This document shows, in pieces, positions 1 to 11,616 of a stretch of 64,000 nt of DNA. Numbering within the stretch: position 1 is the stretch's first letter; every line of letters begins with the position of its first letter. This DNA comes from Octopus sinensis (lineage: Eukaryota), in contig NC_043013.1 in assembly GCF_006345805.1 (NCBI RefSeq), positions 14,694,001 through 14,758,000 on the forward strand, read 5' to 3'. Made by a program: the position numbers and the translations under genes. The notes under the pieces were generated by a model that searched no databases, had not been told where the DNA came from, and saw nothing but the letters and a program-made list of their open reading frames with translations.

Positions 1-199
1 AACAACGAGAGAGAAAAAATTGAAAACGGGACAATTAACACAAAAAAATGACCCTTCATCAGTTGTTGGCTGTCTATGTCTTCGAAGACTCATATTGTCA
101 TTGAATGCTCGAAATGAGGAGTAGATAGACAGCCGACAACTGATGAAGGGTCGTTCTTTGTGTTACTTGTCCTGTTTTCAATTTTTTTCTCTCATTGTT
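1..199. repeat. Long inverted repeat / fold-back element (~77-bp arms)
   Basis: 1-77 is an imperfect reverse complement of 124-199. The loop contains the perfect palindrome GTCTTCGAAGAC. May extend past the window start. Confidence 0.85.
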
Positions 200-426
200 T
201 GTATATTTAACTTGCTTGTTTTCGTGCTTCATGTTGTTTACAGTTGGTGACATCCTGTACGCCCCCCCCCTATATATTAGGTTCGTGAACACTTGCGAAA
301 ATTGAATTTTTACTCGCCAAGTACTAACAAAAACAACAAAAATTATTCTTCAAAATAAAGACCATTATTTTCCAAGACTTTCTACGCACTTTTGGGACAA
401 CCTTATCTATATAATTTTTATACATA

Positions 427-523
427 AATGTTGTTGACGGTGACTTCAAAGTCTTGGCCAATTCAGCCATCATCAAATGATGGATTGGTTGGCTGAAACT
501 TCGAAGTCACTGTCAACAACATT
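427..523. repeat. Fold-back element built from two inverted decayed hammerhead halves
   Basis: Arms aatgttgttgacggtgacttcaaagt / acttcgaagtcactgtcaacaacatt. The right arm contains GAAAC-TTCGAA-GTC. Related copies at ~26345-26465 and ~40781-40803. Confidence 0.75.
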
Positions 524-1198
524 CTTGTATAAGAATGATAAACTTGTACTCTACAAAAGTATAGGGTAACATCATCATCATCATCATCCTCATTTAATGT
601 CTGTTGTCTATGCTGGCATGGGTTGGATGGTTTGACCAGGGCTGGTTAAGCTGAGGGCTGTACCAGCTTCCAGTCGGATTTGGCATGGTTTCTATGGCTG
701 GATGCCCTTCCTAACACCAACCACTCTGAGAGTGTAATGAGTACTTTTACATGCCATTGGCACCCCATCAGATTAATGTAAAATTGTTTTTATTATAATT
801 GAACATAAAAGCAAACATTGTGTGTGTGTGTGTTTGTGTGTGTGTAAAACATTGTCTGGATATCATGTGATAGTTGTAAATGAGCATCATTGTCATATGA
901 GGTTGTTCATTTCCAGTTTTCTGTAAAAAACAAAAAAAAATAAAACATGTATTGCTATCAAAAAATATTACTTTGCTTCGGAAACAAGTGATGGTTGGCA
1001 ACAGGAAGAACATCCCAGCTATAGGAAAGTCTGCCTCAACAAATTCTGTTTGATCCATGCAAGCATGGAAAAGTGGATGTTAAATGATGATGATATATAT
1101 GTGATGAGGTTTTTGTTTCCATCTACCAAATCCACTGACAGGACTTTGGTTGGCCCAGAACTATAGTAGAAGGTGCCATGCAGCGGGGACTGACATTG

Positions 1199-1610
1199 TG
1201 TCCAATGGCATCACTTTGTCTCCAACAATTCAGTGCGACACCAGTGCAGAATCACCTCCCTCCGACAAGTCATCCTAACGAGACGTCTGCATTGGCTGGG
1301 TCATGCCCTCCGTCATCAACCAGGAGAATTCATCTACAAAGCAATTGCCCGAGCTCCCCTTCAGGGTTGGCGAAAGCGATGTGGTGGACAACGAAAAACC
1401 TGGCTGATGACAGTCAAGGCTGATCTGGAACCCAACCTAGGTCTCCATATCTACGGCGTTCGCCGCTGGAATAAGGAGTGGTTGGAGATAACGTGGTCAT
1501 TAGCCTCAAATCGCCAGGCCTGGTTGGCGTTTGTGAGAGATGCAGCATTGAGGATGGATGAAGCCAACTCAACCTACCCCGGGTGAATGCTGTCTCAAGT
1601 CAAGTCAAAG
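1199..1610 (+). mobile_element. 5'-truncated RTE-clade LINE (type 1) nested in a SINE
   Basis: ORF 1233-1586 has RTE C-terminal motifs (RRLHWLGHALR...GGQRKTWLMTVKADLE). (TCAAG)n tail. TSD TGACATTG at 1191-1198 and 1611-1618. Confidence 0.9.
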
Positions 1611-1869
1611 TGACATTGAAATCACATGATTGGGGAACATGCTTTTTAATGTACGTTACATACATATAGATGTCCATAAGTGCATGTGGCTGTGTGGTAA
1701 GAAGCTTGCTTCCCAGCTATATGGTTCCAGGTTCAGTCTCACTGTGTGACACCTTGAGCAAGTGTCTTCTACTATAGCCTTGGGCTGACCAAAGCTTTGT
1801 GAGTGGATTTAGTAGATGGAAACTGAAAGAAGCCTGTCATATATATATATATATATATGTAAGTTCAGC

Positions 1870-2158
1870 AAAAATTTAGATTCAGATGAATATGGTACCA
1901 GAATAAGGCACCAGAATTTGGTATGGTATTATCCATATAAATCCATGGGGTGATTATAATCAAAATAAGCAACAAGGATATCGAAAGGTAGTGTAGTGTA
2001 GTACAATTGTTTCATGCTATTTCATTTAATTAAACAATGTAAGTATTACATCAGTTTTAAAATGTAGAGCACTCTTCAGCCACATATGGAACTTTTTAAT
2101 ATTAAATTGACAATGTTCATTTTTATACTTATTCCATTTGCCAACATTACAAAGAGGG
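1870..2158 (-). mobile_element. ~290-bp hammerhead-containing repeat (Penelope-like terminal repeat / retrozyme-like), copy 1
   Basis: Aligns over its length with 42848-43130, lies just downstream of a (TA)n tract, and contains the hammerhead fold on the minus strand. Confidence 0.75.
1996..2085 (-). ncRNA. Type I hammerhead ribozyme, core intact
   Basis: Minus strand: stem I AUGUGG / CUACAC, core CUGAAGA, ~59-nt hairpin stem II (GUGCU...AGCAU closing, apical AUGUAA-UAC-UUACAU), GAAA, stem III C-AAUU-G, cleavage triplet GUA (predicted cut between 2002 and 2001). Confidence 0.7.
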
Positions 2159-3254
2159 TAGGTATATAGACAGAGAGGTGAATTTCATCAGTAAAAACAT
2201 GGTAATAGAAGATCTTGACTCATGGGCAGATTTTTTATCACTCATGATAATGTAATGTAAAGTCTAAAGGAAGAAGGAGAATGATTTGACAGCTTGTCGA
2301 ATCGTACTCCCTCTTCCTTTTGATTCTATTTATTCTTTCCTTTTTATTTCTCACATGAGGAATGCCTAAGCCTAGAATTGGTACTATACCATAATACTGC
2401 CAGCTCTCTGGTAATTCTAAGGGTGAACAAGCTCTATTTTGTATTCTAATATGTTCTTAACAGAATACACCTCAACTATACATATATATGTATATATTGG
2501 TGTGTGTCTGTGTTTGTCCCCCTGCCATTGCTTGACAGCCGATGCTGGTATGTTTATGTTCCTGTAACTTAGCAGTTCAGTAAAAGAGACTGATAGCATA
2601 AGTACTAGGCTTACAGAGAATAAGTCCTGGGGTCAATTTCTTCGACTAACCCACTTTAAGGCAGTGCTGCAGCACGGCCGCAATCAAATGACTGAAACAA
2701 GTAAAAGAATAAAAAGAATAGATGTCCATAAGGTGTGTAGCTCAGTAGTTGGGAGTTTTCAGTTCATGATCATAAGGTTGTTATTTCAAAAACCATTGTG
2801 TCCTTGGACAAGACACTTTTTCATCTTGCTTCAGTCCACTCAGCTTGCAAAAATGAGTAGTACCTGTAATTCAATGGGCCGGCCTTATCACATTCTGTGT
2901 CAAGCTGAATTTCCCTGAGAATTAAGTTAAGAATACGTGTGTCCCTGGGAGTGCTCAGTCACTTGCACATTAATTTAACAAGCAGGCTGTTTGTTGATCA
3001 ACTGGGGCCCACCCCGCTCATCGTAACAGACAGAGTGCCAATTGTTTTTTTTAAGTGCATTACTTAAGTACAGGTATTTACATAGATGCATGCATTATTT
3101 TGATAAATACATTACATATAAAAGCAGTAGGTGCTGGTACCACATAAGAAGCACCAGTGATGGTGCCGCATAAAAAGCAGTGGTGGTGGTGGTGGTGGTG
3201 TCACATAAAAAGCACCCAGTACACTCTGTGGAGTGGTTGGTGTTGGGAAGGACA

Positions 3255-3627
3255 TCTCTATATATATAAACAGCAAAATTTCTGTCTGTGTGTATGTGTA
3301 TCCTTTATACAAATCCACAATTTTTCAGTTAGAGGGCTCGCACTTTCTATGGTCATTCAAAACCGTCCAAGGGTGGTCGTGCACATCTTTACATTTCCCC
3401 AGTCACCCCGCAAAGTCATTAAAAATATCAATAGAAGTGACTTTTGGGGGAATTTTGTATCCAAAACCCAATCAAAATGCCCGAAACTTGATACGCCAAT
3501 TGAATGCCAGCTAGGTGTATGTGATTGTCGGAGATTTGGACAGTACTTCGCGTGTATGTGCACACGCATGCAGCTGTATACGCATGCACTAGCACTATGA
3601 CCCGGCGTTGCCAGGTCATAGTGCTAG
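3255..3627 (+). mobile_element. Non-autonomous Helitron (family 1)
   Basis: Starts TCTCTATATATATAAA and ends hairpin + CTAG. Inserted between A and T with no TSD, splitting the motif ggaaggaca|tccagcc of an RTE 3'UTR copy. Confidence 0.88.
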
Positions 3628-4179
3628 TCCAGCCATAAAAAAACCAAGCCGAAACAGACTATGGGACCTGGTACAGCCACTGACCTTGCCATTTCCTGTC
3701 AAGCCACCCAACCCATGCCATCATGGAAAATGGCCGTTAAATGTTGATGATGATGATACATACATATTTACATACATGCCTTACATAGAATACATACATT
3801 TTCATACTTATATGAGTACTTGTAAATATCTAAGATAAAATGCTGTTAATTTTTTTAGATTTTAAAACTTATCTTTATGACTTGTATGTGCTTAGCAGGC
3901 TTACAGCCATTGTTTGAAGCATGTCTCTTTTAATAGTCAGTGACAATTACCTCAGGCATAAGATGACAGTAATTACATAAGTGTTGGTGTGTTTGAGTGA
4001 GAAAGAAAGTGGAACAGATGTGGGATTGATGGTATATCTTACAAGAAAGTGTGTGGTGTATGTATATGAATCTTTAATTCACTCTGAAGGATGATCAGCA
4101 GTTGGGTCCTTAAAAATTAAGAGATTTTTATAATAGCAATTAATAGCAGTTTATACCACCCAAATACATATATATATAA

Positions 4180-4530
4180 TCATCATCATCATCGTTTTAA
4201 CATCCATTTTCCATGCCAGCATGGGTTGGACGGTTCAGCTGGGGTCTGGGAAGCCAGTAGGCTGCGCCAGGCCCAGTCTGATCTGGCAGTGTTTCTACAG
4301 CTGGATGCCCTTCCTAACGCCAACCACTCCGTGAGTGTAGTGGGTGCTTTTTACGTGCCACCTGCACAGGTGCCAGACGAGGCTGGCAAACGGCCACGAT
4401 CGGATGGTGCTTTTTACATGCCACCGGCACAGGGGCCAGTCGGGGCGGCGCTGGCAACAGCCACGTTCGGATGGTTCTCTTATGTGCCACCGGCACTGGT
4501 ATCACAGCTACAATTTCTATTGATGTTGAT
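4180..4530 (-). mobile_element. RTE LINE (type 2) 3'UTR copy with three ~60-bp internal modules; representative of about 20 copies in the window
   Basis: (GAT)n tail, GGTTGGCGTTAGGAAGGGCATCCAGC motif and GGTGGCACGTAAAAAGCACC modules. Other copies near 570, 9470, 10060, 10830, 13070, 16425, 19780, 23690, 29740, 30495-31280, 33745, 37640, 42165, 44090, 45080, 47640, 55745. Confidence 0.85.
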
Positions 4531-5029
4531 CGATTTTGATTTTGATATATTGTTGGCATCATAAAAATTTATAAACTTTTGAGAGAACATAAATTAATGC
4601 CTCTCCCCAGACACAACAGAATATGCTTCAACACACGAACTCATATAAAGAATCTTGCAAACCAAATACAAAAATGAAATTAATCTTTTTTGGATCTCGT
4701 AGCACATAAAGCTATAAATAATATGTAAATATCAGGTTGGAAAACCATTTTGGATAGAGAAAACTGAAGACAAGAAATGTGGGTTAGTCCAATGTGCAGC
4801 CTGCAACCTTTATTATCCAAAAGGGTTTCAACCCAATATTTTACTTGGTGTTGCTTATAGCTTTATGTTCTTCAAGATTCAGTTTCCTCCCCATCAAACG
4901 AAAATTGTTTCATGTTCTCTTAAGGGTTTATAAATTCTTATGACATCAGCAACATACTGTTCTCTCTGGTAAGAATAAAGTTTCTAAAATGGATTGGGAA
5001 ATTCAAAGAATTGTTTTGGTCCAACAAGT

Positions 5030-6520
5030 GTAACAGAGATTGCATGAGACAAGTTAGCACTGAGGAGCAGTGACCCCTGTTGTAGCAGTATAAAAGACAG
5101 AGAGAGGAGACAACACGTCAGCGAGTCAAATATTGGAATGTGTTAATAAATGACTTGATTGATATTCATCTGTCAAATGACCTTCCTTTGAATGTGGTCC
5201 AGAATGGTCGTGTGTCTTGTAGCAGATGAGAAAAATACAAATGGGGTTTATTGAGTGCTTGCTTGCACCATCCTTCTGTATGGCTGCAAGACATGGTTAG
5301 TGCAGACTTGCACTAACTGGAATTATCTGACCATTTTTGCATTTGTCAAGTCCCCTGTATTTGCACTTTGGATTTTGTGATGTTTTTCAGTGATTCCCTC
5401 CAATAATTCCTATTCAAAGGTGCTTGTGTTGGCATAGTCATGTATTCTGCCACCATGGATGAACTCTGCAATGCAGTCATTCCAGAGCCCCTGCCATGAT
5501 GGCAAAAATGTAAGCATGGATGGAGAGACAGTTACAAATGCTGATTAATATAATCAAGTGGGATCTTGAATTGATATCTGACCCTTACATATACAGTGTC
5601 TACCATTGGAATCATAAATGGCTGATAATATCTGCATCAGACATCTGTGATTGTCTTGCACAGTCAGCCTCTTCATGTAGAACTGACTCCACTTGGTGAA
5701 TCCACTGCTTTGAACTGGCATGCATCCCACCCCAGGGGTAATGCTCACATGTGTAACATGTACAAATAACAATAGCAGTATCTCATGTGTAGGCAGTATT
5801 CCATTGTGGTTCTCATTTCAACTTTATGAAGGATTAATAGTTGTGGACTTTTGGCCCTGAAGAGAAAGACCAGTCTTTGTCATGCAACTTTTGCTATATT
5901 AAAGATTGAAGGTTGCCAGACAAGGTCCTCTGTGATGGGAAGGTTTGTGATAAAGCCTGGCGTTTGTAGTGACTTTCAGGGGTTTTAATTGCATTCTCTT
6001 CCACGTTTAGTGAGATCATCCTATAATATTATTTTCTTGGTATGTTTAATGATTATAGCTTTATGATGTTGAAGTAAACAAAATTGGGGGAAGGGTTTAT
6101 GAGGGCTCGGTGTGAGTTTGGCATGTAGTATCTGGGTTACATGTGAATGTCCCTTGGGTGTGGAAGGTTAAGGAGGAATGGAGGGGTGGTATCATCTGTA
6201 GAGGACTGGAGAGATGACAACAAGTAAGTCATTGCTGTATGAGAGGAAGAGTGCGAACAGACCCCACCCTTTCCTGAATCCTGGACACACCAGTATCAAG
6301 TGATTATGAGTCAGGAAGATCTATCTGCACACACTGCAATGAAGGAAAATGACAGGAAGCTTATGAAATGAGAGATGAGACATACGGCAAACATCAGCCG
6401 GCAGTTTGTGTTGTCCACATGCTCACCAAAGCCAAATGCTTTACCGATCTCTAGTGTAAAGATGTTACCATCACCAAATTTCTCTAATTGATGATATAGG
6501 AGAGCAGGTGTCCAGTAGAT
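5030..6520 (-). mobile_element. Decayed CR1/L2-like LINE RT/3' region, interrupted by an old RTE fragment
   Basis: Minus-strand remnants with stops and frameshifts resembling LFxLFLxYxNDL, (Y)xDDTT, MEYC and LDHIQRKVI motifs. Confidence 0.6.
5250..5690 (+). mobile_element. Old RTE LINE 3' fragment related to type 1
   Basis: ILLYGCKTW motif, followed by sequence that aligns loosely with the 1400-1530 part of the type 1 RTE. Confidence 0.6.
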
Positions 6521-6552
6521 CTGGCTTTAAGGGACCCCCACTTTGGTGCTCC

Positions 6553-6779
6553 TTAACCCTTTCATTACCAACCCGGCTGACACCGGCTCTGGCTCTGAGT
6601 ACAAATGCCTTGTTTTCATAAGTTTTGAATTAAAACCTTCACCAAACCTTAGTCATAATTTATGTTCCTAACACTAGCTGAATGATAACCAAGTTATTTT
6701 ACTAAATTATTTGTTATATTTAAAGTAATTGAAAGAAACACAGAGCATCTCAAAATAAATACAGTAACGAAAGGGTTAA
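6553..6779. mobile_element. piggyBac-type MITE family P1
   Basis: TTAA-CCCTTTCATTACC...GTAACGAAAGGG-TTAA, ~225 bp, near-identical to 7773-8000. Confidence 0.9.
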
Positions 6780-7772
6780 GGAGAGAGAGGGTGTGAAGGT
6801 GTAGGGGAAGGTGGTTAATAGTTGTCTCTATTACCTTTGAGATGTTGGGAGTGAGAGAGAGAGATGGGCTGATTATATTACTCTAATGCTAAATCCTGTG
6901 TCATAGCGTAACCCCAAGATTTTTTTTCTTTTGACAAAATAGGAAATATTTATAAATGTAAAATTCAACCGCCCCCACTCAATAAATAAATAAACAAATA
7001 AACAAACAGCAAAAAAAATGTTTAGATTATCTAAAATATTTTTTTGTGAAAATTGTTAAAAATCACTGTTTGATAAATTGAATGGTTTTGTGAAGGGAAG
7101 AAAACTTCCAAGTGTTTGTGTATGGCAATAAATAGGCAGCAGTATTGAACTTGGATCAATAACAACAACAACAGCAACATTACAATGTGGTGGTGGTGGT
7201 GAGGGTTACTATTAGAATAACCCATAAATGAATGCTCTGACCACATGAAATATTCTACATTTCAAAGCAGCATTGTGTGGCAAGATTTATTGATATTCAA
7301 TTGTTGTTGTTTTATAGTTCTTCTGTTCATTTCTGCCACTCTTTACCAAAGTCCACTCTGTGGTGGCGGTGATGGTGATGGTGGTACTGATGATGGTGGT
7401 GGTAGTGGTTGTGGCAGTGGTGGTGATGGTGGTACTGCTGCAAGAATATAAAATAGTATTGAATCGCTAGTATTTTCTTCATGTCTGGAGCCCCCACAAT
7501 AGGGATTGAACTTTCTATTGTTAGTTAAGAGTACACTCACTCATTAACTCTCTCCTTGCAATGCTACATATGTTTTTGGGTGATAGACCCAATCTAGTGG
7601 ATCTCAAGTAGTGCACTGCGGATTAAAAAAAATATAATTTTAAGGCTTTAGAAAAATCCATACTAAATCTTGAATGCCTTGAAAAATCATGTTTTTCATA
7701 ATTTTACCACACACAAGTAGGATTAGGATTAGCTGATCTAAACAATTGTTTTCAATATTTTTTCTTAAGATT

Positions 7773-8000
7773 TTAACCCTTTCATTACCAACCCGGCTGA
7801 CACCGGCTCTGGCTCTGTGGTAAAATGACTTGTTTTCATAAGTTTTGAATTAAAATCTTCCACCAAACCTTTGTCACAATTTATGTTCCTGACACTAGCT
7901 TAATGATAACTCAGTTATTTTACTAAATTCTGTGTTATATTTAAAGTAATTGAAAGAAACACAGAGCATCTCAAAATAAATACAGTAACGAAAGGGTTAA
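7773..8000. mobile_element. piggyBac-type MITE family P1
   Basis: Same termini and body as 6553-6779; TTAA on both sides. Confidence 0.9.
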
Positions 8001-8670
8001 ACACAGTTCATCTATAAGAATGCCGCAGTTAAGTTACCTTTTCCCTGCATTAAGTATGATACACAAATGGCTATTTTAATATAATACTGCTTTTGTTTCA
8101 CATAACAGCTTTTTATTCAGCCAAGCAGCTAATCGCACTATCAGAGATTTTTAAATCACTGTTTTCTAAGAGCAATAGTTACTGATTTTGACTTAGCATG
8201 CATTCCGACAGTGGGTATATGTTATTGATGAAGCCCATACAAGGCACAAATGAACATCTAGAATTCTCACCCCTGCTACAGGACAATTTTCATCTGCTGC
8301 TGAATCATATCTGCTGAATAAAAATCAATCAGTGTTTCCTTTTTATTAAAAAATAATTAAGCATGCCTTTATTTCAATAAAATTTTTGGTTTTGTTAAAC
8401 AAAGTTAAGGCGAAAAAAAAACTTCTTGAGAAACCAAATAGTCTTTCCTTCCTTCATGCCAAGTTTGAAGAAAATCTCTCTTTTGCATCTTCCTTTTTTG
8501 GTCTCTTATATATACTGCATTTTGTGGCATTATTTCAAACCATCCAGCTTTTTTTACGCAAACTGCACATGCATTTTTCTTGCGTACACATAGTATCGAT
8601 CGCAACAGCTGATGTACTTACATGTACAAATACACGTTCCCACAGCTTTATCGATCACGTTCTCACCTGG

Positions 8671-9050
8671 GCGTAGGTGCAGTTGTGTGGTAAGAAGCTT
8701 GCTTCCCAACCATATTGTTCTGGGTTCAGTTCCACTGCATGACACCTTGGGCAAGTGTCTTCTACTATAGCCTTAACCAAAACCTTGTGAGTGGATTTGG
8801 TAGATAGAAACTGAAAGAAAGCCATTGTGTGTGTGTGTCTTTAAGTTTGTGTTTGTCCCCCCCCTCCCCCGCTGCTTGACAACCAGTGTTGGTGTGTTTA
8901 TGTCCCTGCAGCTTAGCAGTTTGGCAAAAGTGACCAATAGAGGTACCAGGCTAAATAAATTCATTTGTCTAAAAGTTCTTCAAGATGTTGTCCCAATATG
9001 GCCGCAGTCTAGTGACTGAAACCAGTAAAAGATAAAAATACAAAAAAAAA
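8671..9050 (+). mobile_element. tRNA-derived SINE family A
   Basis: A-box/B-box-like head gtgtggtaag...ggttcagttcc, central ccttgggcaagtgtcttctactatagcc domain, (TG)n linker, A-rich tail. Confidence 0.85.
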
Positions 9051-10299
9051 AAGATACTCTTACCCATAATATCATATGTTACAATCTTATTAACAACTAG
9101 GCATCTAACACATCTAGACATTTAATTAAAAGAATACAGCCGTTTGTTAATTAATTGCACAGCAAGTTCTGTCAACTGCAGCTGGTCTGATCTCATTTGA
9201 GAGTTTGATTGTTTTGGCCAGGGATACAGATGGTGCTGTTAGCAGTCTTTGGTAATACTATACTACATACATTTGAGATTGGACATTGTTCTTCACAATG
9301 TCAATAGAATTATTCCTGAAACTCTATATCAAACATTAATTCTTTGTCTTTTGAACTTTATACCTCTTTTCTTTTTTCTCAATTACTTGTAATTTAACCT
9401 TCATTGTGCTGTGGAACAAATTATATTGGTAAATTTGTAAATAGAATTGCTATAATTTATTATAATCATTATTATCAAGGTGGCCGATGCCAGTGCCGCC
9501 TTGACTGGCTTCCATGCCGGTGGCACGTAAAAAGCACCCACTACACTCTCCGAGTGGTTGGCATTAGGAAGGGCATCCAACTGTAGAAACACTGCCAGAT
9601 CAGACTGGAGCCTGGTGCAGCCTCCATGGCTTCCCAGACCCCAGTTGAACCGCCCAACCCATGCTTGCATGGAAAACGGACGTTAAACAATGACGATGAT
9701 GATGTGATAGTTTGTCAGAAATATTGTTAAATTTTCTGACTAGATACCTTCCAGCCTTTTAGTTGCAACTCTTTACATTCTTCATCACCATCATCATTTT
9801 TATGTCCACTTTTCCATATTTGCATGGATCTGATGGGGTTTTAATGAGGCTGGTTTTCTTTTTTTTTTTTTTTTTGTGGATGGATGTTCTTCCTGTCACC
9901 AACCCATAACTTGTTTCCAAGCAAGGTAATATTTTCCCCTAGCTAGAAATGTTTTTGCAGAATATTGAAAATGATTGGAATTCATTTACAACAATTACAT
10001 GATACCAAGACAAGAAGTGAAAGAGAGAGAGAGACACACACACACACCTTCACTCCTATGACCATCATCATCATCATCATTTAATATCTGTTTTTCATGC
10101 TGGCATGGATTGGACAGTTTTACAGGAACTGACATGGCCAAGAGCCATACCAAGCTTCATTGTCTGTTTTAATATGGTTTCTGCAGCTGGATGCCCTTTC
10201 TAATACCAACCACTCTACAGTGTACTGGGTGCTTTTTATGTGGTACCAGCACCAGTGCATTTTTCATGGCACCTTCACTAACAAGGTCACCAAGTACCT

Positions 10300-10525
10300 C
10301 GCAAGACATTATACACACACACACACTGAGTATGCCGATCACTATAAACACACACCCTCACTCACTCTCACACTCACTCTCTCACACTCACTCTCTCACA
10401 CTCATTCACTCACACACACACACACACACTCACTCATTCACACACTCACTCATACATACTCATACACTCACACTCATGCTCACTCACTGTTACACTGTCA
10501 CTCACTCTCTCACTCACACACACAC
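10300..10525. repeat. Compound (CA)/(CACT)n low-complexity tract
   Basis: Direct reading; explains the H/T-rich ORFs at 10160-10718. Confidence 0.9.
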
Positions 10526-11289
10526 GCACAGAATACGACAAGTTTCTTTCAGTTTCAGCCTATCAAACCACTCACAAGATTTTGGTTGTCCCAGGACAAT
10601 TTGTAGGCGACACTTGCCCAAGGTTCCATGCAGTGGGATTGAACCATGTGGTTGGGAAGCAAACTTTTTACCGCACAGCCACTTTTGCACCTGTTTGTTC
10701 CGGTTCTTTACATTCTGAGTTCAAATGCCACTGAGGTCACCTTTACCTTTTCATCCCTCCAGTACAAGTCAAGAACTGGGGTCACTGTAATTGACTAAGT
10801 CCCTTCTTTCATTATTACTAGCTTTATACATCATCATCGTTTAACGTCCGCTTTCCATGCTAGCATGGGTTGGACAGTTCGACTGGGGTCTGGGAAGCCA
10901 GGAGGCTGCACCAGGCCCAGTCTGATCTGGCAGTGTTTCTACAGCTGGATGCCCTTCCTAATGCCAACCACTCTGAGTGTAGTGGGTGCTTTTTACGTGC
11001 CAGGCGAGGCTGGCAATGGCCACGATTGGTTGGTGCTTTTTACGTGCCACCGGCACAGAGGCCAGTTGAGGCGGCGCTGGCAACGGCCATATTCGGGTTG
11101 TTCTCTTGTGTGCCACCGGCACTGGTATCACAACTACAATTTCCATTGATTTTTGATCGATTTCGATTTCACTTGACTCAACAGGTCTTCACAAGCAGAG
11201 TTTTGTGTCCCAAGAAGGAAAGGTATGCATAAGTGGACTGGCTACATCCCAGGTACCTACATTAGAAATAATTAATAACTAATAACTGG

Positions 11290-11602
11290 ATCTCCATCAG
11301 TTACAACAATGAGTAATCCGGTTGATCGCATCAACAAAGCAGTCTGCTTGTAAAATCAATGTGGATGTGGCTGATTGCCCCACAGACACGTGTACCCTTA
11401 ATGAAGTTCTCAGAGAGATTCAATGTGACACAGAATGTGGTAAGGCTGGCCCTTTAAAATACAGGTACAACTCATTTTTACCAGCTGAGTGGACTGAAGT
11501 AACATAAAATAAAGCATCTTGTCCAAGGATGCAACATGCTACTGGGAATTGAACCTACAACCTTACAAATGTGAGCCTAACCACTAAGCCACGTACCTTC
11601 AC
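11290..11602 (-). mobile_element. tRNA-derived CORE-like SINE family D
   Basis: Head gtgaaggtacgtggcttagtggttagg...gttcaattccc and core ccttggacaagatgcttt...cactcagctgg. Related copies at ~2770-3040 (+) and ~25975-26280 (-). Confidence 0.75.
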
Positions 11603-11616
11603 AGTAAAAATAATAA

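Noticed and set aside
4226-4564. Recurrent ORF ...QSDLAVFLQLDALPNANHS... seen many times
   Set aside because: It is a chance antisense frame of the RTE 3'UTR repeat, with variable starts and stops and no protein homology I recognise.
10160-10718. Long His/Thr-rich ORFs, and similar Y/I-, V/C- and P/T-rich ORFs throughout the track
   Set aside because: They are translations of microsatellites and SINEs.
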